From: a virus | Lineage: Duplodnaviria > Heunggongvirae > Uroviricota > Caudoviricetes | Virus record (IMG/VR): IMGVR_UViG_3300028602_000005 | Span: 18,137 to 82,136 of that record | Strand: one strand, 5' to 3' | DNA: 64,000 bases | Part shown: one piece after another, positions 19,097-27,752 of the stretch | Position numbering within the stretch: the first letter of the stretch is position 1 | How the letters are laid out: each line of letters starts with the position of its first letter | Notes under the pieces: generated by a model | What the model was told of the DNA's origin: nothing | Seen by the model: only the letters and a program-made list of their open reading frames with translations | Databases searched by the model: none | Made by a program: the position numbers and the translations under genes

Positions 19097-21034
19097 ATGC
19101 CTATAAAAGATTCGTTTAATAAGTTAAAAACTTCCATCATTGGTACGAAGACAACAGATATTGATCATAAACTGGATATTGCTGTAAAAGATATTATATC
19201 TTATAAAAGCACTCAAGGAAGAAATTCCTATATTGATTTAATGAAACATATGATTTCAAAATCATCTGGTTCATTTCAAATTAATAATCATATGCAGAAT
19301 GTTCAAACACCTGCTGCCTTCGGCCAAGCTGGAAGATTAAGTCGATACAGATCATACGATTCAATTGTAAATATGATCAATTATTGTAAAAGGGCATTAG
19401 ATGTTTTAACTGATAATATCTTATCACCTGATGATATCACAAAAATTTCTCTCGATGTTTATAGTGAGGAATTAATAGAAGCTAATGCTGAGATAGATAC
19501 AAATGTTAAAGATGTTGAAGAAGTTATTAAAAAAATAGGATTAGAAGATAAGCTCGATATCATAGTTACCAATACCTTAAAATTGGGAGATTTCTTTTGT
19601 GAGATTGGGACATCTAAAACAGCATTGACCAGTAATTCTTCTTTTTTAAGAGAAAGTGGTAATATACTATTTTCTGAAAATAACTCTATTGAAGAGTTTG
19701 AATCGGAATATATTTTAGAAGGTATTTCTCCAACTGGATTACCTGTGGAGAAAGAAAAAAAAGAAGTTACTTTTAGAATAGATTATTCTTCATTAGATGA
19801 ATATAAAAATTATATTAATGAAGATGATAATTCTGATAAAAAAGATAAAGGTTCAGTAAATTTAAATGATATATGTCTTCTTTTATATGAACCCAGAAGA
19901 GTTATAAAACTTCAAAGTGATATGTATCCTATTTGTTTGGGGTATTTAATATTTCCTACTTTAACTGTTTCTCCTCAATTAGCCGTTCAACAACAAGCGG
20001 TTAATATGATTTGTCAACAGATATTAGATAATGTTTTTAAAAAAATACCTACTATAAAAAATGTAGAAGTAAATAAAGATGATATTAAAGAAATAATTAG
20101 TTATATGTTAAAAAATATAGATACAAAAAATATAAATTTAAGATATATTCCACCAGATAGAATGGTTCATTTTCATGAAATATCTACTATAAATTATCCT
20201 TATGGTGAAAGTATTTTTGAGAATGTTCAGTTTTCTGCAAAAGTTTTAATCGCTCTTGAAACAGCATTGACTGTACAGAGATTAAATAGGTCAACAGAAA
20301 AAAGAAAAGTTTCTGTTGATATAGGTTTACCAAGGGATGCTAAAAAATTTATAGAATCTATTAAAGAGTCTTTAGGAAAAAGAAAAATATCTTTAGATTC
20401 TTTTGGAAGTGTTGATACAATACCAAGTATGGTCAGTACTTTTGAAGATATTTATATTCCTCAAAAAGACGGAAAATCTTATGTAGATATAGCTGGATTC
20501 ACAGAAGGTAATGTAGACATAAGAAATAAAGTAGATGAATTAAAATTTATTAGAGATCAAATTGTGGCTGGTTTAGGAGTTCCCCCAAGTTTTGTGGGAA
20601 TTGAAGAAAATCTATCAAATAAAGCTGCGTTATCAGAAGAAAATATCTTATTTGCGAGAACTGTTGTTGCTCATCAAAAACCACTTACAAAATGTATAAA
20701 TGAATTACTTCAAAAAGTTTATAATTTAATAGATCCGACAAAAGCTTTAACTATCTTAGATACAGTAAAAGTAAATTTACCATCGCCTAAAAGCTTACAA
20801 TATGAAAGAGAAGCTAAATATACAGGAGATTTAGTTAGTCTGGTTCAATCACTTGAAGGAATTGGTATTCCTAGAGATTATTCAATTAGTAAATACTTAA
20901 CAAATATTGATATGGCAGAAGTTAAACAATGGCAAATTGATAAGAAGATTGATAAATCTCTTAAAGTAAATCAAGGAGAAGACGGAGGTGATTCAGGTGG
21001 TGGTTTAGGTATGGGTGGCTTAGGAGGCTTTTAA
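19097..21034 (+). CDS. Portal vertex protein (T4 gp20-like)
   Basis: IYIPQKDGKSYVDIAGFTEGNVDIRNKVDELKFIRDQIVAGLGVPPSF parallels the T4 gp20 region [50 protein letters not shown]. 645 aa, immediately upstream of the head module. Confidence 0.75.
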   Translation: MPIKDSFNKLKTSIIGTKTTDIDHKLDIAVKDIISYKSTQGRNSYIDLMKHMISKSSGSFQINNHMQNVQTPAAFGQAGRLSRYRSYDSIVNMINYCKRALDVLTDNILSPDDITKISLDVYSEELIEANAEIDTNVKDVEEVIKKIGLEDKLDIIVTNTLKLGDFFCEIGTSKTALTSNSSFLRESGNILFSENNSIEEFESEYILEGISPTGLPVEKEKKEVTFRIDYSSLDEYKNYINEDDNSDKKDKGSVNLNDICLLLYEPRRVIKLQSDMYPICLGYLIFPTLTVSPQLAVQQQAVNMICQQILDNVFKKIPTIKNVEVNKDDIKEIISYMLKNIDTKNINLRYIPPDRMVHFHEISTINYPYGESIFENVQFSAKVLIALETALTVQRLNRSTEKRKVSVDIGLPRDAKKFIESIKESLGKRKISLDSFGSVDTIPSMVSTFEDIYIPQKDGKSYVDIAGFTEGNVDIRNKVDELKFIRDQIVAGLGVPPSFVGIEENLSNKAALSEENILFARTVVAHQKPLTKCINELLQKVYNLIDPTKALTILDTVKVNLPSPKSLQYEREAKYTGDLVSLVQSLEGIGIPRDYSISKYLTNIDMAEVKQWQIDKKIDKSLKVNQGEDGGDSGGGLGMGGLGGF

Positions 21035-21760
21035 ATGTCAAATATAGATTATTTTAAAGATAAAAGAATAGAACCTGAAAAAAATTTAGAAGATTTAGTA
21101 GATGATGATGAATATAAAACTCATACCGATCCTATAGCCTTTGAAGATATCAGTGTTTTTTCAGATGAACCTATAAAAACTTCACCCAAAAAAAGAAAAA
21201 TAAAATTACTACAAGGTCATGATATGGAAAAGGCTAAAAAGAATAGAGAAAAAGCTATAATAAAATTAGAACAAGCGACTCAAGTAAAAAGACCTAAAAA
21301 TGAAGAAGAAAATTATGAAGAAGATGAAAATCAAGAACAATTACCACAGGGGGATTTAAATGATCCTAATATGATGGGTAATGATGCTGCTGGAATGAAT
21401 GGTGGTATGGGAATGGATGGAATGGGTGTTGGAATGGGATATGGACCTACAGATCCAGAAAAAGAACCAAAATCTGGAAAAGAAATTGGAAGAATTTATG
21501 AATTAAAAAAAATATATTCTAGATTATTATCTATTGAATCTCATCTTTCAATTAGTTCAAATATAGTTCTACAAAAATTAAGAAAATATGTAGCTCAAGC
21601 TATAGATTTATTTGAAATGATAATTTCAAATTCTCATGTTTTGAGAGGAAGAATAGATGAAGTTATAATTCAATATTATAAGTTTTTAGAAGAAGTTTTT
21701 GATTTAATGAGAAAATTTTATGAGTTAGAAAAGAAAAAAGAAAATAAAGATAAAAAATAA
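21035..21760 (+). CDS. Prohead core protein-like (gp67/gp68 position), Gly/Met-rich
   Basis: Position between portal and protease as in T4; low-complexity GMNGGMGMDGMGVGMGYG; acidic N-terminus. Confidence 0.45.
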   Translation: MSNIDYFKDKRIEPEKNLEDLVDDDEYKTHTDPIAFEDISVFSDEPIKTSPKKRKIKLLQGHDMEKAKKNREKAIIKLEQATQVKRPKNEEENYEEDENQEQLPQGDLNDPNMMGNDAAGMNGGMGMDGMGVGMGYGPTDPEKEPKSGKEIGRIYELKKIYSRLLSIESHLSISSNIVLQKLRKYVAQAIDLFEMIISNSHVLRGRIDEVIIQYYKFLEEVFDLMRKFYELEKKKENKDKK

Positions 21761-21788
21761 TTTTATTTTTTTATGGAGTATTTAAAAA

Positions 21789-22463
21789 ATGTCTACATTT
21801 CTAGTGATAGAATCTTCAATTTTTCAGGAAGCAAAAGTTATAAAAAATGATTCAAATAAAGCTGTTTTTAAAATGGTTATGCAAACAGCCGATGAAGTAA
21901 ATCAAAATAAAAGATATTACGGCCTTGATGTTTTAAAAGAAGCTATGAAAAATTGTGATACTAGAATGAAAAGAAGATCTTTTTTAGGGGAGCTTGATCA
22001 TCCTTGTCCTTCAGGAAATGGAGTTTTTGATGGTGTGAGACAAACATCAGTTCAACTAAAAGAAGCATCTCATTTAATTAGAGATTATGAATTTAATGGT
22101 AATAATTTGATAGGTGAACTTGAAACTACAAGTACTCCGAATGGATTTACTCTATTAGGATTATTAAAAGATAAATGTGGAATAGGTCTAAGTATGAGAG
22201 GTATGGCAGAATTAGATCGACAACCAAAAATGAATATTGTCAAATCTCCTCTTTATATCGTTACTTTTGATAGCGTTTCAATGCCTAGTCATAAAACTGC
22301 TACTGTTGATTTTAACAATTTAAGATTTGAATCACTTAATGTCATTCAAGAAAATCATAATTGTAATACAATTTGTACTCCTGACGGTCAATGTTTTCTT
22401 ATGGATTATTTTGATAAATTAGTTGAGACAAAAATGATTACATTTTTAGATAGATGGATATAA
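21789..22463 (+). CDS. Prohead core protease-like (T4 gp21 position)
   Basis: Synteny gp20-gp21-gp22-gp23; GELDHP His-containing segment; 224 aa, similar in size to gp21. Called from my recollection of the family, not a computed alignment. Confidence 0.5.
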   Translation: MSTFLVIESSIFQEAKVIKNDSNKAVFKMVMQTADEVNQNKRYYGLDVLKEAMKNCDTRMKRRSFLGELDHPCPSGNGVFDGVRQTSVQLKEASHLIRDYEFNGNNLIGELETTSTPNGFTLLGLLKDKCGIGLSMRGMAELDRQPKMNIVKSPLYIVTFDSVSMPSHKTATVDFNNLRFESLNVIQENHNCNTICTPDGQCFLMDYFDKLVETKMITFLDRWI

Positions 22464-22521
22464 GTTAGATGATCTTGCTTCAAAAATGTGCTGAGCTAAT
22501 ATAAAAAATGAAATTTAGTAA

Positions 22522-22836
22522 GTGAGGGAAATAATGAGGATATTTGAAAATTTTGATGAAAAAAACTTAGAACATAAAAATAAAGAAAAGTTTGTTGTAT
22601 CCATTGCCAAAAAGGTTAAAGAAATTTGTAAAAGAGATAAAAAAAATTTTAAATCCAAAGAAGAAGATATTAAAGAGTTAAGAGAAAAAATAAATATTAA
22701 AATAAAAAAAATCGATGATTTATTAATAAATTCAGAGATTGCAAAAAAGGATTTAAAATTTAAGACTGAATCTATTTTTAATGAAAATAAAGTTTTAAAA
22801 AGTTTGATTTCTGAAAAATTAAGGATTGAATTATGA
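22522..22836 (+). CDS. K/E-rich coiled-coil protein, scaffold-like
   Basis: Alpha-helical charged repeats. Preferred over the antisense ORF 22515-22868, which is hydrophobic low complexity. Confidence 0.45.
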   Translation: MREIMRIFENFDEKNLEHKNKEKFVVSIAKKVKEICKRDKKNFKSKEEDIKELREKINIKIKKIDDLLINSEIAKKDLKFKTESIFNENKVLKSLISEKLRIEL

Positions 22837-23252
22837 TAATAATCAAAAGTGAAATATTTGATGATCAATTATTTGAAAATTTAGATTTGGATTCAGCAAA
22901 ATTAAATTTGGCAGATGAAGTTATAAGAGAAGTATCAAAAGAAATAAATAATGATAATTTTTTAGAATTTAAAGAATTAAAAATTTTAAATTCAAATTAT
23001 GAAAATAAAAGAAAACAAGCTTTTGAAATTAGAAAAGATTTAAAAGAAGTTTCTAATAGTTATTCAAAACTGAAAAAGGTTAACGAATTATTAAAAAAAG
23101 TAAAGATAATTATTGAAAGTGGAATTTTTGAAAGAGATAGTAATTTAAAGCATGAAATTACTATTTTAATGAGAGTTATTGAAGACCTGCCAGAAAAAAA
23201 GTTAGATATGTATTTATTGGAAACTATTAATATTATAAAAAAAAGAATTTAG
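22833..23252 (+). CDS. Scaffold (prohead core) protein, gp22-like
   Basis: ATGA coupling to the upstream gene, helical K/E-rich, directly upstream of the major capsid gene as in T4. Confidence 0.5.
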   Translation: MIIIKSEIFDDQLFENLDLDSAKLNLADEVIREVSKEINNDNFLEFKELKILNSNYENKRKQAFEIRKDLKEVSNSYSKLKKVNELLKKVKIIIESGIFERDSNLKHEITILMRVIEDLPEKKLDMYLLETINIIKKRI

Positions 23253-23281
23253 TTCTTTTTATATCAGGAGGTCTAAAAAAA

Positions 23282-24733
23282 ATGAAGGAAATTCTACAAG
23301 AAGTTTATAGAACCACAAAAAAGATTACAGGTGTTGATCCCTCAAAACCTGGAAATATTAAGCAGATCATAACAGAAGATGAAACTTTCAAAACTTATGT
23401 TGAAGGTCTTGCTGAATCACTTGAAAAGAAGGATAAAGCCGCTTTCATGCAGCTTGCTGAAAATACAAGAGTGGGTTTACTTGAAAGTTCAATGTTCGGT
23501 ATAAATCCTTATGAGTCTCTTACCCTTCCTATTCTTAGAGTTTTTTATCCTAAACTCATTGCAAAGGAAGCTGTTACTGTTTCTCCTATGGATAAACCAG
23601 AATGTGTGAAACCTTTCGTTAGAGCTACATTTACTCCTTCCAACAGCGTAACTCAGTATGATGCCCCTGTTGTAGGAACAGATATTTCAAGAGGTGCTGG
23701 AATCGGAACAAGTGTTGCCGCTACAGTTAACGTACCTCAGTCAGGTTTTAATGTTCTTAATGCTATCAGCGCAGGTCTTACTTCTTCTCAAGCTCACCTT
23801 GAGAGAGATTTTGAAATCACTGGCGTTTATGATGGAACTACATGGGTTGATGTTTCAATCGTTCCTGCTGTTGAAGGTCATTTTTCACAAACTGTTACAA
23901 TAAGTGGTTCAACTGACGTTGTTTCTGGAAAAGTAGATTATCTTAATGGTACTCTTGCTATTTCAGTCACAAATGACCTTGTTACTTCAGTTAAATACAA
24001 AGTTACTTGTTCTCTGGAAGAAAACAGAATCAATCCTAGAAGTGAGATCACAATTGATAAGGTTAGACTGTATGCCAGAGACAGACAGATTTCAACAACT
24101 TGGACACTGAATATGGAACAGGATCTTAGATCACTGTTTGATATTTCAATCCAGGCTGAAATGGTCAATCTTCTGGGTCAACAGATTGCCACAGATATCG
24201 ATAGAGAGATAGTTAATGCTCTTATTACCGCAAATACTGCTCTTAATGCTTCAAATCACACAGGTTCATTTACCAGAACTCCACCTGATTCATATACCTG
24301 GGGAATCAAAATTTGGCATGAAAATATTGTGTCAGAACTTAATGAACTTAGTGCTGTTATTTACAATTCAACAAATATTGACAATGGAAATACAATCCTT
24401 GCCAACCCTTATGATGTTGCTATTTTAGAAGATATTAACGGTTTTGCTTATACTGGCACATCAGCACTTGATGGTGATGTTGGTTATAGAACCGCTACTG
24501 TTCAAGGCGGAAAATGGAGAATTCTGACAAGCTCAATCGTAACTCAAGGCACAATGGTAATGGTTTATAAGCCAGCAGATGAAATAAAATCAATTTATTT
24601 CTATTCTCCTTATATTCCTGCTATTCTGCATCCTTATCCTCTTACTTATACTCCATCACTGACAATCCTCAGCAGATATGCAACTGCTCTGGTGAGACAG
24701 GGTGGAATTGCTGCTCTTACTATTGGGGCATAA
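23282..24733 (+). CDS. Major capsid protein, T4 gp23 family
   Basis: EQDLRSLFDISIQAEMVNLLGQQIATDIDREIVNALIT parallels T4 gp23 AQDLRAVHGMDADAELSGILATEIMLEINREVVDWINY. Strong GGAGG RBS. Higher GC and biased codons point to high expression. Confidence 0.85.
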   Translation: MKEILQEVYRTTKKITGVDPSKPGNIKQIITEDETFKTYVEGLAESLEKKDKAAFMQLAENTRVGLLESSMFGINPYESLTLPILRVFYPKLIAKEAVTVSPMDKPECVKPFVRATFTPSNSVTQYDAPVVGTDISRGAGIGTSVAATVNVPQSGFNVLNAISAGLTSSQAHLERDFEITGVYDGTTWVDVSIVPAVEGHFSQTVTISGSTDVVSGKVDYLNGTLAISVTNDLVTSVKYKVTCSLEENRINPRSEITIDKVRLYARDRQISTTWTLNMEQDLRSLFDISIQAEMVNLLGQQIATDIDREIVNALITANTALNASNHTGSFTRTPPDSYTWGIKIWHENIVSELNELSAVIYNSTNIDNGNTILANPYDVAILEDINGFAYTGTSALDGDVGYRTATVQGGKWRILTSSIVTQGTMVMVYKPADEIKSIYFYSPYIPAILHPYPLTYTPSLTILSRYATALVRQGGIAALTIGA

Positions 24734-24747
24734 GTTAAGTTTATATT

Positions 24748-24775
24748 GAGAGGGTATTAATTTACCCTCTCTTTT
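24748..24775 (+). terminator. Rho-independent terminator 1 after the capsid gene
   Basis: GAGAGGGTA-ttaatt-TACCCTCTC followed by TTTT. Confidence 0.7.
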
Positions 24776-24826
24776 ACCTCCCAAATTCATTTGGGCCATT
24801 CGTGTTTTAGAAGATCGCTACCTAGA

Positions 24827-24856
24827 ATAAAACCAGGATTAAATTCCTGGTTTTAT
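24827..24856. terminator. Terminator 2 (hairpin plus T-run)
   Basis: AAACCAGGA-ttaaat-TCCTGGTTT followed by TATTTT. Confidence 0.6.
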
Positions 24857-24860
24857 TTTA

Positions 24861-24898
24861 CGCAAAAAAACAGAGACTATAATAAATCTCTGTTTTCT
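24861..24898. terminator. Terminator 3 (hairpin plus a long T-run)
   Basis: CAGAGA-loop-TCTCTG followed by TTTTCTTTTTTTT. Also serves the convergent - gene ending at 24978. Confidence 0.6.
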
Positions 24899-24977
24899 TT
24901 TTTTTAAATTCTCACCCCCTGTTTATTATCAATCGGTTTTATGGGGAATGATATAACTCTTGTCTTCCTTCCACATG

Positions 24978-25490
24978 TCATTTTATTTTCCTCCTCCAAA
25001 GTTTAGATTCTTTATAATTTATGTTAGCAAATTGTAGAACAGTTAAATAATCCTCATAACTGTTCCACTCCTTTTTTTTCCTGGAAAGTATTCGACTTTC
25101 AAAAATCATGTTTGAACTTTTTCTAAAATCAATCCATGATTTTTCCTCTTTTTGTTTGCTTATTGAATAAGCAACTTCAAGAGAAGCCTGTAAAAGTCCA
25201 TCAAATATTTCTATCTGACTTTTATCCAAAATATTTTTTAATCGAGGATATTTATCTTCATCTTCGTAATAATTAAAACATCCTTTTTTATATTTTGGAA
25301 ATAACTCACAAAAGAGAAAGTCCATCATGGACCTATATTTATTCATAGTTTCATGATCAGATATGTAAATCAATGCTTTTTGATACTTTGTTTCATTAAG
25401 CATTTCTTCAGTTCCTTTAAATATGGTTTCAAACTGATCATCTGATATAACTTCGCATTCTTGATGAATTGAAAGAGACAGACTTAACAT
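24978..25490 (-). CDS. Hypothetical protein
   Basis: 170-aa ORF; RBS aggagaaataaaatg in the reverse complement. Confidence 0.5.
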   Translation of the reverse strand: MLSLSLSIHQECEVISDDQFETIFKGTEEMLNETKYQKALIYISDHETMNKYRSMMDFLFCELFPKYKKGCFNYYEDEDKYPRLKNILDKSQIEIFDGLLQASLEVAYSISKQKEEKSWIDFRKSSNMIFESRILSRKKKEWNSYEDYLTVLQFANINYKESKLWRRKIK

Positions 25491-25548
25491 TTTATTTCTC
25501 CTTTCGTGTGTATATAAAAATAAATATTTTTATTTTAATCATTGATTA

Positions 25549-25561
25549 ATATATATAGCTT
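25549..25561. promoter_or_regulatory. Motif 1 copy (TTAATATATATAG)
   Basis: 84 nt upstream of the ATG at 25633. The motif-2 copy tTTAGAACAAAAAA follows at 25584-25597. Confidence 0.45.
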
Positions 25562-25632
25562 ATACCCCAAAAGTCAGAAATATTTAGAACAAAAAATTAA
25601 TAAATATAAGTAAATTGGAGTTACAATAATAA

Positions 25633-26460
25633 ATGAATATATCTAAAAAACTTGAAGAGATTTATTTAATAGAAGAAAATTCTTTTATAAAAGATTTATA
25701 TAATAAAGATATGGAATTATTTAATGAAATAATACAAGAAAGTTTAGTTACTAAGGTAAAAATAGATACTTTAGTAAAATATACAAAAAAGAATTTAAAA
25801 AATATTGAAAATAGTTTAATAGATTATGGAGTAGATATAAAAAGAATTAAAAGAAAATCATTAAACCTTGCAACTTCTTTAAGAAGTGATTTAAAAAAAA
25901 GAGAAGACCCTGATAAAATAGAAAAGAAAATAATAAAAGAAGGTAGAGAAATTATAAAAGATGAAATAATATTATTTAAGAAAAATTTTGATGATAAATC
26001 TTTAATCGAAAAAATACTTTTAAGTGTTGTTATTCTTATCTTAATAATATTTTTAAGTTATTTGGGATTTTCTATTCTTTCTTTCTTTTTTGGTGAGTTT
26101 GCGGCATTTATTGTCTTTAGTATTGCAATTGCTCCAATGATTGAAGAATTTGGAAAAAGATTAGCTATACATGGAAAATACCCTTGGTTATATACAGGAA
26201 TATTTTCTGGATTAGAAATGTTAGGTTATGTAATTGGTTTTATGAAAATGGGAGGAAATATTTTACCTTATATAATTTTGAGATTAATAGCAGTATTAAT
26301 GCATTTTTCAACAACATATGTTCAAAAATATTTTATGGATAAAAAAGAACAAGATATAAATTATACTGATATGGGATATTTTTTAGCTATATTAATACAT
26401 AGTTCTTGGAATTTATTAGCATTAATATTCAATGAAGAATTAATCGCTATTGTTTCATAA
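25633..26460 (+). CDS. CPBP family (CAAX protease/Abi-like) intramembrane metalloprotease
   Basis: Multiple TM helices. Motif 1 EExxxR as MIEEFGKR, an H-containing AVLMHF segment, and HSSWN (HxxxN) as motif 3. Confidence 0.5.
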   Translation: MNISKKLEEIYLIEENSFIKDLYNKDMELFNEIIQESLVTKVKIDTLVKYTKKNLKNIENSLIDYGVDIKRIKRKSLNLATSLRSDLKKREDPDKIEKKIIKEGREIIKDEIILFKKNFDDKSLIEKILLSVVILILIIFLSYLGFSILSFFFGEFAAFIVFSIAIAPMIEEFGKRLAIHGKYPWLYTGIFSGLEMLGYVIGFMKMGGNILPYIILRLIAVLMHFSTTYVQKYFMDKKEQDINYTDMGYFLAILIHSSWNLLALIFNEELIAIVS

Positions 26461-26497
26461 AAATTTAAAAATAAATTATATTTAAGGATTTAAAAAA

Positions 26498-26866
26498 ATG
26501 AAAAAAAATTTTCTGTTTTTAAAAGAAGATGTTGTTGATATAAATGATTATAGAAATAAAATTAAAAACCAAAAGAAACCACCTGAAGATACTCTTGTTA
26601 AACTTGAAAGAGAAATAGCAAGATGCCAAAAAGAATTTAATCAAGCATGGAAAGATTATTGGAAAACTAGAGATAATATGTTGAAGAATTCAAAAAGAAT
26701 AAATAAGGGTTTAGGCTTTATAGCAACTACTGTTTTTTTATCAGTTTTGTTAATTTTTGTTAGGGCAACATATAATCTTTATTTGAGTAAATATGCTAGA
26801 AAATGTATAAAATTTTCTGGAAATAAAAAAAATATTATGTATATTAGAAATGAAAATATTCTTTAA
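26498..26866 (+). CDS. Hypothetical protein with one TM helix
   Basis: 122-aa ORF; TM segment GFIATTVFLSVLLIFV. Confidence 0.4.
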   Translation: MKKNFLFLKEDVVDINDYRNKIKNQKKPPEDTLVKLEREIARCQKEFNQAWKDYWKTRDNMLKNSKRINKGLGFIATTVFLSVLLIFVRATYNLYLSKYARKCIKFSGNKKNIMYIRNENIL

Positions 26867-27024
26867 ACAGAAACAAATTAAAATTTTAAAAGATAATATT
26901 AAATTTTGTAAAAATACAAAAAATTCTGTAAAATGCCAAGAAAAAATATATAACAAAATAAATAAAATAGAACATGATATAAAAATATTAAGAAATACTG
27001 CTAATGAATTTAAATCTAAAAAAT

Positions 27025-27083
27025 AGTGAGGGTGGGATTCGAACCACACGACATATTTCAACTCTACCACTGAGTTACGCTCA
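27025..27083 (-). tRNA. tRNA-like element, truncated and non-canonical (no anticodon arm)
   Basis: The reverse complement reads GTGAGCG-TA-ACTC-AGTGGTA-GAGT ... GTGG-TTCGAATC-CCAC-CCTCAC-T: a clear acceptor 5' strand, D-arm and T-loop GGTTCGAATCC. Only about 11 nt lie between the D and T arms (59 nt in total). Followed on the - strand by TATTTTTT. Confidence 0.4.
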
Positions 27084-27105
27084 CTGAGGAGTAAACCTCT
27101 CATAG

Positions 27106-27118
27106 TTTAATATATATA
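27106..27118. promoter_or_regulatory. Motif 1 copy (TTAATATATATAG) next to the tRNA-like element
   Basis: Lies 23 nt from the tRNA-like 5' end. On the + strand it is followed by the motif-2 variant tTTAAACAAAAAAA (27144-27157) and then the hairpin cluster. Confidence 0.4.
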
Positions 27119-27157
27119 GTTATATTGTAAAATTACAGAAAATTTAAACAAAAAAAT

Positions 27158-27396
27158 AATGCCCATTCCTTATTTATAGAGGTGAATGGGCAAATCCTCT
27201 TTTAATGTGGCATTGTTTAGTCATAAGCAGATAGTCACCATCTGCTTAAAGAGAATATAATTTTTAAAGTGGCAATTCTCATCAACCACTTATCTATTTT
27301 TTTTCAGAGGAATATATAAAAACCTCTAGATAAGTTTATAAAGGAAAACTTATCTAAAAACTGAAGAGGATAACACTAATCAATTTAACTTCATTT
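27158..27396. ncRNA. ORF-free, hairpin-dense region; candidate structured ncRNA or protein-binding/iteron region
   Basis: Hairpins at 27163-27193 (GCCCATTC/GAATGGGC), 27225-27247 (AAGCAGAT/ATCTGCTT), 27306-27327 and 27328-27355 (AGATAAGTTT/AAACTTATCT). Three AGATAAG/CTTATCT boxes. Bounded by motif-1 copies at 27106 and 27397. Confidence 0.35.
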
Positions 27397-27409
27397 ATTA
27401 ATATATATA
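27397..27409. promoter_or_regulatory. Motif 1 copy (TTAATATATATAG)
   Basis: Exact 13-mer between the hairpin cluster and the 3' end of the - gene at 27436. Confidence 0.4.
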
Positions 27410-27435
27410 GTATTTTTAAAAAATTTCAGAATTTT

Positions 27436-27720
27436 TTACTTTAAGAGATATTTAATTTCGCCTATTAATTTAATATATTTATTATATAAATTATTAACAT
27501 CTTCATCAGAATTTATTATGCCAAATGGAGAAACCTGTGATAATATTAAATTAACCTCTTGTGCTTTATTTAATAACTCATGAATATTTGGAGGAACTTC
27601 AACTTGAGATATTTTTTCTACAAATTTCTTTTTAAATTCTAAATTGGATTTACCTTCATTTAAAAGACTTGCAATACCTTCCATTTTATTTCCTTTATTC
27701 TTTATCGTTTCATTTTTCAT
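27436..27720 (-). CDS. Hypothetical protein
   Basis: 94-aa ORF; GGAG-like RBS in the reverse complement. Confidence 0.45.
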   Translation of the reverse strand: MKNETIKNKGNKMEGIASLLNEGKSNLEFKKKFVEKISQVEVPPNIHELLNKAQEVNLILSQVSPFGIINSDEDVNNLYNKYIKLIGEIKYLLK

Positions 27721-27752
27721 AAAAACTCCTTAAGAAAATTTTTAAAAATAAA

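Noticed and set aside
22566-22579. The cTTAGAACATAAAA motif inside the scaffold-like CDS
   Set aside because: It lies within coding sequence and encodes N-L-E-H-K. It may be a coincidence, or an internal promoter for the downstream capsid operon, but there is no independent support.
22515-22868. Minus-strand ORF of 117 aa overlapping the scaffold-like + gene
   Set aside because: The + strand gene fits the head-module operon (ATGA coupling, K/E-rich helical scaffold). The minus ORF is F/S/L-rich antisense noise.
23694-24428. Small ORFs on both strands inside the major capsid gene
   Set aside because: They are nested in a gene with clear gp23 homology.
27025-27083. A canonical full-length tRNA call
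   Set aside because: There are only about 11 nt between the D-arm and the T-arm, so no anticodon stem-loop can form, and the T-stem is imperfect. It is reported instead as a truncated tRNA-like element.
26750-27103. Minus-strand ORF of 117 aa covering the tRNA-like element
   Set aside because: It overlaps the 3' end of a + strand gene and the tRNA-like sequence, with no RBS. The tRNA-like interpretation explains the conserved GGTTCGAATCC region better.
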